Shown here piece after piece: positions 53,091 through 64,000 of a stretch of DNA of 64,000 nt. Position 1 is the first letter of the stretch, and each line of letters begins with the position of its first letter. The stretch is from Octopus vulgaris (lineage: Eukaryota). A program made the translations under genes and the position numbers. A model generated the notes under the pieces. That model was not told the DNA's origin. It saw only the letters and a list, made by a program, of their open reading frames with translations, and did not search any database. Location of the stretch: positions 171,802,001-171,866,000 of the forward strand of contig OX597817.1 in assembly GCA_951406725.2 (NCBI GenBank). The letters are read 5' to 3'.

Positions 53091-53692
53091 CAAACATACA
53101 TACATACATACATACATACATACATACATACATACATACATACATGCATGCATGCCTACATGCATACATGCATGCCTACACACAACCATGCATGAACGTG
53201 TGTGTGTGTGTGTGTGTATGAGTGTGAATGGGTGTGTGTGCATAAAGAGAAAAACACTGTAAATCAGCCATCAAATTTTTTTCCTGGGATTAGTTGACAA
53301 AAATTGTTTTACTATCAGACCAGTTTCCCATTTTCAAATGCTGTAAGTGTGAATGATGTACGTTCCCATATTGAAACACTATACAGAAAGTATATTTAGT
53401 TGCTGTTCTTGTTGTTCTAATTGAATAGTCTTATAGCATGTCGGTTGTCGGCCAAATAACTAGGTGCAATCCACAAATCAATTGTTCCAAATATATGAGT
53501 GTCTCCACCGAACTGACAATCATACTGGAACAGAACCGTTAGTTATTCAGATGTGTACAAAGCCACAGTCTAGACATAAGCAATCTCTATGCAATCATTC
53601 GATCTACTAGCATTTTAGCAAGCGATAACTGCTATTTCTTGCAGACCAAGTTATTCCATAGAAGATCACTCATTGGCTCAATACACTAAAAG

Positions 53693-53723
<31 letters not shown>

Positions 53724-54455
53724 TAACAGTAATAAATCAGAAATAACAAAAAGCAATGAAAAACATACTTAAACAAAAATAAACATCGATATTTCCTTTT
53801 CCCTGCAAAAAAAAAAAAGAAAAATATCCCAAAAAGACTAACAAAAACAAACTAAATTGGTTAAGTTTATTTCTTAATTTTTTCTTTGGCTACTTTGCCT
53901 GTTTTACTTATTTATTCATATATTTATCAATTTGTTTATCAATTTGTTTATTTGTTTATTTATTTATTTATTTATTCACTCAGTTGTGACAGATGACAAT
54001 TCTCATATTATCTTTCTATGGTTGCAGCCACAAAAGAAACAATAAATAGATAGATAAATAAACAAATGAAAGATATATTTTTCACTCCACTAAGCATAAG
54101 TGTTGTTATTACATGAAGTGCTGCAAAGAATAAACAGATGGCACTGCTATAGCAAGCGTGGCACAAGCAAATCCAGTCTTCTGTATTCTAACAATGCTAA
54201 ACTGAATAACAATATTAATACTACTATTAACAATAATAATAATCCTTTCTATTATAAGCGTAAGGCCTAAAGTTTGGTGGGTGGGGATAATCAATTACTG
54301 CTCAACTGGTGCTTATTTTATGGACCCTGATATGATGAAAGACAAAATTAACTTCAGTGGAATTTGAACTCAGATCTTAAAGAGCCAGAACTGCTGCTAA
54401 GCATTTTTCCCGGCACACCAACAATTTTGCCAGTTCACTGAATGATAACAATAAC

Positions 54456-54833
54456 AACAAGAACACTCAGAAAGTGCAAACCTTCGCCATGGCAACACCA
54501 ACGTCCTCTCAATGATTAGCCAGAGAAGATTTTTAAAATGAGAATATCTGAAATAAACTCGACTGCTCTCACAAACGAGAATACTAAAAATGAACTCGAC
54601 TGCTCTCAAAAATTAAGTGAAAAAAGTTGGAAAAATAATCCAGAATCCTTGTCCATTACTGGATTGATCCCAAAATCTAATCAGCTTGTGCCAGCCATGA
54701 GGCCAAACATCCCTGAAAGTTTCATCCGAATTCTTCGAGTGGTTCTTGAGATATCTTGTCCATGGATAAACAAACAAACAAACAAACACAACTGGAAACA
54801 ATCCCTCTGCCTTTGCTAAGATGAAGGTAATAA
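54456..54833 (-). mobile_element. Helentron-associated non-autonomous element (HINE/DINE-1-like)
   Basis: Minus 5' TTATTACCTTCATCTTAGCAAAGGCAGAGG hairpin, (TTTG)n, 3' GGCGAAGGT subterminal IR then hairpin GCACTTTCTGAGTGT-TCTTGTT. Lies between SINE B variants (54240-54440, 54840-55215). Confidence 0.7.
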
Positions 54834-55403
54834 TGATAATAATCCTTTCTTCTATAGGCAGAGGTCCTGAAATTTTGAGTGAGGGTAATACTCAATACAT
54901 CGACCCTAGTACTTGACTGGTACTTATTTTATTGACCCTGAAAGGATGAAAGGCAAAATTGACCTCAGTGGAATTTGAACTCAGAACGTAAGGTTGGATG
55001 AAATGCTGGTAGGCATTTTGCCCGGCATGCTAATGATTCTGTTATAGTTCTTTTTTATTATAAGCGCAAAACTTGAAATTTTGGTGAGAAGAGAAAATTC
55101 CATCAAGCCCAGCATTCAACTCCTGTTTATTTTATTAACCCAAAAAGGAAGAAGAACAAAGTCGACTTCAGCAGAATTTTAAGTCCAAACCTAAAGCCAC
55201 AAGAAATATTGCTAAACGTTTTCTCTTTTACCTTTTAGCAATCAGATTGCTCCTGATTTATCTTAACATTGCTTGACAGTTGTAAACGAGTGTCACTGTT
55301 GTACAAGCAGCATTATCTATGTTTATTTATTCACATTATTTTGAACTCATCATACATCATCTCATAACTTCGTTATTTCATTGATGCAACTGCTTATCTT
55401 TAA

Positions 55404-55622
55404 CCATTTAGTGTTCCAATTATCCTATCAAACATAATGCTTATTGATTCACATTGATTTGAATTAATCATGCATTATCTCATATCTTCAAGATCTTGAT
55501 GGTGTAATTACTTAATGTAGAATAACATTGTAGGGTAGGTGTGAGAGCCTGGATCTGGTCAGTTTGAACATAAAACAGATGAAATATTTTGGCTGGATAT
55601 GGCCGGTTTAAATACTAAAGGG
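55404..55622 (-). mobile_element. piggyBac-like MITE family E with flanking partial copies
   Basis: TTAA at 55400-55403 and 55623-55626; partial repeat at 55630-55730. Confidence 0.75.
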
Positions 55623-56574
55623 TTAAACTAACATTGTAGGGTAGGTATGAAAGGCTAGATCTGGCCAGTTTGAACATAAAACAGGCAGAATATTTTGATC
55701 AGATATAGCTGGTTTAAATGCTAACGGGCTGAAGATGAAACAGAGTAATTTGATAGGGAGGGATTTACTTATTTCTAGCAGATCAAGTGACCACATTGTG
55801 TAGACTACACACACGAGACTTAATGGTAGGTTTAATGGTCTCTATGAGCTTTGAAGAGGAAAGAATGTTACCTGCAGAAGAGAAGACCAGGTGTGGGAAT
55901 TAGCTTTATCTCTACAAAGTAAATTAGTTTTCTCCACCCCCTCCCTTCTCTCTTTCTTGTTTTAGTTTAGTTCTGACAAGACTATAGTTAGATGATTAAG
56001 GAGATACACTGTTGTATAAGTAGGAGCTGCATTTCATAGTTGAGGAAATCTGTCCCATTTAGAGAGCTAGGAGCCAGGCAAGAAGATGAAAGTATTTTTA
56101 GATCTGAATTGAAAAGGATGTGGGCTTTCGGTTGGTGCTAAATATATGGGGTTTTCAAACAGAGATCAGCTGATGGAAAAAAAAAAAAATGTCTTCATGT
56201 ATGATATATGCTACAAGGGTAAAAAGGCAGTGCTCTTTTCCATTGTGTGCAAGCGCATGTGTGTGTTAGTTTCTATATATAAATATGAAGGAGGCAGGAT
56301 TACAGTTTGATGTCAGAGTTTGCTGTCATTAAATATTGATGCCTATTCATTGATTAGATAGAATAAATTACGAAATTTGATGAACCATATTTCTCCAATT
56401 TAGTGAGATAAGGATCAAAGCCAATTTCACCTAGATTTGAAATCAGAATAGTGATGTCTAAGCTGATGTAATGAGGTATAATGAATACGGTGATTAATCA
56501 TCTCAGTAATTCCCAACAATTTACAACCAACCATCAATATATATGTATATCATCATCATCGTCATTATCATCAT

Positions 56575-56780
56575 CATCAACATCATCATCATCTTTTAAC
56601 GTTTGTTTTCCATGCTGGCATGGGTTGGACGGTTTGACTGAGGTCTGGAGAACCAGTGGCTGCACAAAACTACAATCTGATCTGGCAATGTTTCTATGGC
56701 TGGATGCCCTTCCTAATGCCAACCACTCCAAGAGTGTAGTGGGCGCTTTTTACGTGCCACCAGCACAGGAGCCAGTCAAG
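56575..56780 (-). mobile_element. Family D copy
   Basis: CCATGCTGGCATGGGTTGGACGGTTTGAC...GGATGCCCTTCCTAATGCCAACC. Confidence 0.85.
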
Positions 56781-56909
56781 TGAGCCTAGCATCAAACAGG
56801 TTCTGAGTGCATTGCACCTAACAGCAGAAACAGCTGTAAGCTAATGAAGTTCATTGCATAATTTGTTGTTCCTTCGTTATTTATTTAATTTCATATATGT
56901 ATGTATGTA

Positions 56910-56963
<54 letters not shown>

Positions 56964-57166
56964 CATACATACATATATAAGCACACAAACATATTTTATT
57001 GGAAATGTAATTTGCTTTCCCTTTTTCCCTTAAATATATAAACACTTTCTTTTTAAGGCATGTTATTTTTCTTTTATTTCATTTTATTTATTCATTTATT
57101 GGCACACGTGAGTTTGGCAGAGCTTATTTAATTTACTTGAAAAAAAAAAAAACTAGCTGCTGCACC

Positions 57167-57197
<31 letters not shown>

Positions 57198-58299
57198 CAA
57201 TCCATTTTAATTGCTCATGTCTAAAACCTCCCAACAAAATGACACATTAGTAACAAAACCATCAACGCATTTGCTCATCCCAGTTGTTGTAAAGAACAGA
57301 AACAAAAAAAAAAAAATCTATAAAACACTCACTTAAAAAAAATTCCCAAGGTAATCAATAGTATGATAATACCAAACCAAAAAAAAACAAAAAACAAACC
57401 ACCCCCTTCCATTTCTTCTACACTACTTTTCTCATACTAATTCTCACACCTTTAACAATTGCCTGAAACACTTAACACTTCTCATTGAACGTCCTTCTAT
57501 ATTTCCTGCTTTTTATTTTTTTCTTTGGTTGGGTATTAATATTTGCTTCTATATTTTATTTTATTTTTGCTTTTTTTTTTTAAACTATTTCTTTCCCTAA
57601 ACGAGAGACCTTAAGTAATTGTGATTAAATGAAGTTCTTGCTGGCCAATGAAGAATTAGCTGTTGGAATTTTGACCCAAGTAAAATTTGAATATTCAGTC
57701 TTCAACAATGTGACCGAGGTTATTAGGGTAACAACAACCACGACAGCAACAACAAATGCCACTTAACATTTTGCACGAAACACTAATGATTCTGCTAGCT
57801 CCCTGTCTTAATGATAACGATTGCGATCATAATAATAATAATAATAATAATAATAGTCAAGACAAAGTGCGCGATTCGATTGTAAGATATTTTATTAGTT
57901 GAACGATATTCCAACAGTATATCTGTCTTTGTCAAGTTCAAAATAAGAAGTGATAAAAATTCAAAATTACAGAGATTCAAATGTAAAGTATGAATGAGAG
58001 CAACTGGCGTCCACACATTGATGGAATGACACCATCAGTAGAAAAAAGGATTCTTGATTATTATTATTTATAATAAGAACTGTGTAAGAATGGTGAAGAT
58101 ATAAGATTCTTGGCCTATTGAGGATGGTTCTGGGCCAATATTTTTGCCTCACTACTTTGAATTTTATTCATTGATGGTCATGCAACTACTATGCCATTCT
58201 TTGTCATTGTTTCTCGATTTATCCTGTAATGTATCTGTGAATTTTCATTATTGATTTTTCTGAGAACATATATACATACATATATACATACATACATAC

Positions 58300-58353
<54 letters not shown>

Positions 58354-59148
58354 AATTATTTATTTTGTGTGATTATGTGTGAATTTGTGTCTATGTATAA
58401 GTGGTGAGTGTGTATGTGTGTGTGTGCATGGTGTGTGTGGTGTGTGTGTGCATGTGTGTGTGCATGTATGTGCGCATGTTGTATTTTGAGAGGTAGGCAA
58501 GTAAGTTAAAGGGGAATTCTATAGTTTTAGTCAGTGAGTGTCACAGGTGGCTAGGCAAGAACGTTTTAAAGCAGACAGTCCAGTTTCTGTTTGAAAGCTG
58601 TCCATCAGCATAATACATCTGGGATAAATCTAATTTATTAATCCTTTATACATGTGTGAGATGTGTGGCTCAATTGTCATCGCCCCCTCCGCCGACTTCC
58701 ACTTGTTATTGACTTAATCGCAAAAGCACTGCAACTGCGTAGGACATGCCTTACCTCAATCATCCATTCTCATCCGCTGTTGTGCTATTGAACGAAGTGC
58801 TATATATAAAAACTTGAAGAACTTCACACTTGGAGTGAAACACATATATAATTGTAGCTCTGAGCAGATTTTACAAGGTTATTTATATGTAATACTAGTA
58901 CATTCAGTGGAGTGTTTGGTGTTAGTAAGGGCATATAGCCATAAAGACCCTGCCAAAACAGGCACAGTACCCTGGGGTAGTCTTCAACTTGGCTGGCTCC
59001 TGTTAAACCGTCCAACCCATGCTTGCATGGAAGGCAAATGTTAAATGATGATGATTATTATGATGATGATGGTGATAATGATGGTGATGATGATGGTGAT
59101 GATGATGTTGATGATGATGGTGATGATGATGATGATGGTGATGATGAA

Positions 59149-59199
<51 letters not shown>

Positions 59200-59231
59200 G
59201 GTGGTGGTGGTGGTGATGTTGATGATGATGG

Positions 59232-59278
<47 letters not shown>

Positions 59279-59544
59279 GTGATTTACCTGTAACACTATG
59301 CTAATCTGCATTGCATTCTTTATTATAGTCTATGGTATTGTTATTCTGGTTTTAACCAAAAATCTGAACCATATAAAAACTATAAAATCTAACAGAAGTT
59401 ACCAAAGTTATTTTAACCATCTCAAAGCACACACACACAAAAAAAAAATAATTTGTTACATCCAATTTTCATTTATTTTATGAGATGTTAAAACATTTAT
59501 CATGCCACTGTAACCTAGTTACTGAAGCTGTTGTATACATATAC

Positions 59545-59583
<39 letters not shown>

Positions 59584-59593
59584 CATATATATA

Positions 59594-59815
59594 TCATCAT
59601 CATTTAACATCCGTTGTCCATGCTGGCATGGGTTGGACGGTTTGACTGAAAACTGGTAAGCTGGGGAGCTGCACCAGGTTCCAGTCTGATTTGGCAGGGT
59701 TTCTACAGTTGGATGCCCTTCCTAATGCCAACTACTCCAAGAGTGTAGTGGGTGCTTTTCACGTGCCACCAGCATGGGTGCCAGGAATGCGACACTGGCA
59801 TCAACCATGACTATG
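59594..59815 (-). mobile_element. Family D copy
   Basis: Same motifs as the 56575 copy. Confidence 0.85.
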
Positions 59816-59886
59816 ATTTCACTTACAAGATAGTATGTATGTGTGTGTGTGTATGTGTGTGTGTTTGTAATATATAGATATATCTA

Positions 59887-60298
59887 GGTGCAGGAGTGGC
59901 TGTGTGGTAAGTAGCTTGTTTACCAACCACATGATTCTGGGTTCAGTCCCACTGCGTGGCACTTTGGGCAAGTGTCTTCTGCTATAGCCTCAGGCTGACC
60001 AATGCCTTGTGAGTGGATTTGGTAGACGGAAACTGAAAGAAGTCCGTCGTGTATACGTATATATATATATGCGTGTGTGTGTGTTTGTGTGTCTGTGTTT
60101 GTCCCCCTAGCATTGCTTGACAACCGATGCTGGTGTGTTTATGTCCCCATAACTTAGCAGTTCGGCAAAAGTGACCGATAGAATAAGTACTGGGCTTACA
60201 AACGAATAAGTCCCGGGGTTGAGTTGCTTGATTAAAGGCGGTGTGCTCCAGCATGGCCGCAGTCAAATGACTGAAACAAGTAAAAGAGTAAAAGAGTA
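59887..60298 (+). mobile_element. SINE family A, full length
   Basis: Head, microsatellite and (AAAAGAGT)n tail. Confidence 0.9.
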
Positions 60299-61264
60299 TT
60301 TCTATATATTGAATCACATTTAAATAGTTGGGTAGTTTTATTCTTCAATCAAATTCTTTTGTTGTTTTGTGTTGCTGTTGTGAATAGTGTTGTTGTTGTT
60401 GGTGTTGTTGGTGGTGGTGATGGTGGTGATGGTGGTAGTGGTGGTGGTATGAAATTGGTTAACTTCAGGATATAATCTTTGGTCCAGTTTGAACATTATT
60501 ACGAAATATGTTTTCCTTGTAAAGTGGAAAGGCTGGCAAAAGGGTATTTGAAGAGATCAGTAGGTTCCATGAGCCAGAAATAATCTTTGTTGAACTCCGA
60601 GGAATATTTTTTTCTTTTTTTATAATTTATATAAACAAAGAACTTTTCTTTATTTTTTTTTTTTATTAAAATGGAAAATTCTATCATCACTATCTTTTAT
60701 TAAAAAAAAGCATCAATCATCAACCTAGTTATCACCACTAGCAGCACTGTCAACTTCATTATCGCTTTTAATTAACCTGATCATCATCATCATCGTTGTC
60801 ATCATCATCATCATCATTTCACCATTTGTTATTTAATTAACAAGTTGGTTAACAAGGAAAAAATCAGATCAAGTCAGATGAAAGAAACCAACTTAATCAC
60901 TTAAATCTGGTTCTCTTGTAATAATGTTTCCAAGCACCTTCTTTGAGGTCTCTTTTTACACTGAGAGAGAGAGAAAGAGAGAGAAAGAGAGAGAGTACCT
61001 TAATTTATGACACACTTATAGAAACGTTTGTAATCATCCCCAACAGTACAACTATAAATATTAATTCAATAATAGCACCGTTAAATTATATTTCTTTTTA
61101 TATTGTTGTTATTTGTTGTCTTCTTGTCAAATTTGAAAACAAACTTTTAAAATAACTTCCCCGACCATGATAGATAAAATTCTTAAATTCTGTTTTGCCT
61201 ACCATGTTTGGCTAAAATTTGGCACTGATCTAAGAAAGTGCCATGATTATTATCATCATTACCT

Positions 61265-61786
61265 AAGGTGGCAAGGTGCAGAATCATTAGCACGGTGGGA
61301 AAAATGCTTAGTGGTATTTCATCCATCTTGGCATTCTGAGCTCAAATTCTGCCATGGTCAACTTTTCCCTTCATCCTTTTGGGGGTTGATGAAATAAGTA
61401 CCAGGGAAGCACTAGGGTCGATGTAATCAACTAGTCCCCTCCCCCAAAATTTCAGGCTTTGTGTCCAGTGCTGGATTAACCCTTAAGCAAAATAAGCATG
61501 TACTTAGGGCATCAAGAGAAGGGTAGGCACCACAGAAATTGTAAATTCAAGGCAGCGAGCTGGCAGAAACGTTAGCATGCCAGGCAAAATGCTTAGTGGT
61601 ATTTCGTCTGCCGTTATGTTCTGAGTTCAAATTCCACCAAGGTCAACTTTGCCTTTCATCCTTTTGAGGTCAATAAATTAAGTACCAGTTATGCACTGGG
61701 ATCGATATAAGCGACTAAATAGCTTTGTCTGTCCTTGTTTGTCCTCTCTGTGTGTAGCCCCTTGTGGGCAGTAAAGAAATAAGAAA
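61265..61786 (+). mobile_element. Two SINE B copies separated by a hAT-like terminal fragment (about 61466-61545)
   Basis: Family B motifs at 61265-61465 and 61550-61786; CAGTGCTGGATTAACC between them. Confidence 0.75.
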
Positions 61787-62607
61787 TTGTATATATCTAT
61801 GCATACATTCATGTTCGTCCCCCACTTCCACTTGACAACTAGTGTTGGTTTGTTTACGTCCCTGCAATTCAATGGCTTGGCATAAGAGACTCATAAATTA
61901 AGTACCGGGATTAAAATGAAAAATAAGTACTTCTCTTGATTCATTTGACAAAAACACCTTTCATGGCCATGCTCCAGCATGGCCACAGTCAAATGACTGT
62001 TACAAGCAAAAGATGAAAAGATATTCCACATTCTACTATTTGAAATGAAGACAGGAGACATGTGAAAATGTGGTGCTTGATATCGAAGAAGAAGGACGGC
62101 TACAGCTGGGAAGCTTTCAATCATAGGGTTGACTAAACAACAACTTGATTAAATTCAATACTTGATCAATATCAATACTTGATCAATATTTGATAAGCCA
62201 GAAGAAATGTTTACAGAGTTACGTTGACATTGCATGGACGTCAAGAAACTGCCTATTACAGTATGCGTACCTATATGTATGAATGTATTTATCTAAATGT
62301 GTATGTGTATATGTATATACATATGACCTTTTGAAAGTATGCATGTATATATGCATACATACATGCATACATACATACATACATACATACATGCATACAT
62401 ATGTAGGCGTAGGAGTGGCCGTGTGATAAGTTGCTTGCTTATGAACCACATGGTTCTGGGTGCAGTCCCACTGCGTGGCACCTTGGGCGAGTGTCTTCTA
62501 CTATAGCCTCGGGCCGACCAAAGCCTTGTGAGTGGATTTGGTAGACGGAAACTGAAAGAAGACCGTCATATATATTTATATATATATATATATATATGTG
62601 TATATAT

Positions 62608-62670
<63 letters not shown>

Positions 62671-62671
<1 letters not shown>

Positions 62672-62916
62672 CATTATTAGTGAATTGAAGAAATGGAGCT
62701 GAACGCAGATTGAACAGAAATCGTTTTATTCCAACGGATTTCCTATTTTCTTCCTGAAGAGAAAGACACAATATGGTCCCATTATTCCATCGGATTTTGG
62801 TAATTTGTGCCTTTCGAAACACGTGTAGAATGAAATAAAACGATTTCTGTTCAAAAAAACGGTTAAACTTTTGATTAATCTACTACAAGATTATTCATCT
62901 TTCTATTTCACATAAT
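62671..62916 (+). mobile_element. Penelope-like terminal fragment in (TA)n with a short inverted 5' copy
   Basis: 21-bp IR 62710-62730 / 62834-62854 around a canonical hammerhead; AATAAA at 62834. Confidence 0.7.
62744..62837 (+). ncRNA. Type-I hammerhead ribozyme, canonical core
   Basis: Stem I TATTTTCTTC/GAATGAAATA; CUGAAGA 62754-62760; stem II GAAAGACACAA/TTGTGCCTTTC; GAAA 62816-62819; stem III ACACGTGT palindrome; GUA triplet ending 62827. Confidence 0.85.
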
Positions 62917-62922
62917 TATATA

Positions 62923-62985
<63 letters not shown>

Positions 62986-63087
62986 CATATATATATAATA
63001 TATATACATATATATATATATAATATATATACATATATATATAATATATATACATATATATATTATATATATATGTATATATATATG

Positions 63088-63127
<40 letters not shown>

Positions 63128-63934
63128 TATGTATGTATGTGTGTGTATATGTTTGTGTGTCCGTGTTTGTTCCCCCAACGTCGCTTGACAACCGATGCTG
63201 GTGTGTTTACGTCCCCATAACTTAGGGGTTCACTTAAAGAGCCCGATAGAATGAGTACTAGGCTGACAAAGAATAAGTTCTGGGATTGATTTGCTTGACT
63301 AAAAGGTGGTGCTCCAGCATGGCCACATTCAAATGACTTAAATGCGTAAAAGAGTATATGTACGTACATACATACATATGTATAAGTGAGGGTAGAATTT
63401 GTAGGTGAGTGTGTCTATGAAAGGTGCTTGAGTACATGCATTTATGTGCATGTGCATATGTCGATTTGTGAATATTTGCATATGCATGAATGTATCTGCC
63501 TCTATATAGTCATTCATCCTGCTAGAAATAGCAACCCCCCAAAAGACACCATCTGTATATCACTACATCCTGTACAACATTCAACTCACTTGGTTTATCT
63601 CTCCTACTACTTTCTGTCTACATATGCATCCACATACAGTCATCTCAAAAGAGAAAGAACATATTAGATGGTGTAGTCCTAGATACACACATGCATCTGT
63701 CTAAAATGTAGACTAACCATTATATAGTAGCCCTGATTCACTGAGCTGACGTGTGGCGAAATAATAACACAATAGCAAGAAAAATATGTAAAAACACAGC
63801 CACACCTATGACTTGTATTAATATGTGTATATATGTAGATTATCACAAAATTATTATTATTAATTTTAAATAATGTGGTATAGTAAATGACATAGATGAG
63901 GAATGGCAATATGGTAGATGTACTTCACTACAAG

Positions 63935-64000
63935 TAAAGGCTCATGGCATAGTGTTTAGGGCATTCAGCTCATGTTTGTAAGGTCATGAGTTCAATTCCT
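63935..64000 (+). mobile_element. Start of a C2-like SINE head, cut by the window edge
   Basis: CATGGCATAGTGTTTAGGG...GAGTTCAATTCCT A and B boxes. Confidence 0.55.

Larger units (their letters stand above)
62406..63357 (+). mobile_element. SINE A split by an expanded (TA)n that contains a Penelope-like insert
   Basis: Head 62406-62568; tail about 63150-63357. Confidence 0.85.

Noticed and set aside
55729-55750. CTGAAGA-T-GAAACAGAGTA
   Set aside because: No stem II and no stem I pairing; chance match.
56780-57700. TAAT-rich unique stretches as conserved enhancers
   Set aside because: Such motifs are expected by chance in AT-rich DNA; cannot be supported without alignments.

Overview
AT-rich, repeat-saturated eukaryotic non-coding DNA (intron or intergenic). 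The SINE families and extreme microsatellite load look like an octopus (coleoid cephalopod) genome; this is inference from recall, not a database result. No intact protein-coding gene is supportable, and nearly all listed ORFs are translations of microsatellites or SINEs. The window contains at least four SINE or SINE-like families (working names A, B, C/C2, D), a 5'-truncated RTE LINE with a TSD, a decayed LINE endonuclease, three non-autonomous Helitrons, a Helentron-type HINE, TTAA piggyBac-like MITEs and several minisatellites. The main signal is a set of short, mutually unrelated inserts, mostly in (TA)n tracts and often fold-back, that carry type-I hammerhead ribozyme folds typical of Penelope-like element termini. 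Across these families the 3-8 tertiary pair of the catalytic core co-varies: C-G at 9.0 kb and 62.8 kb, G-C at 10.8 kb, U-A at 37.1 kb. All folds were assigned by eye and activity is untested. Repeat boundaries are approximate unless a TSD or terminal motif is cited.
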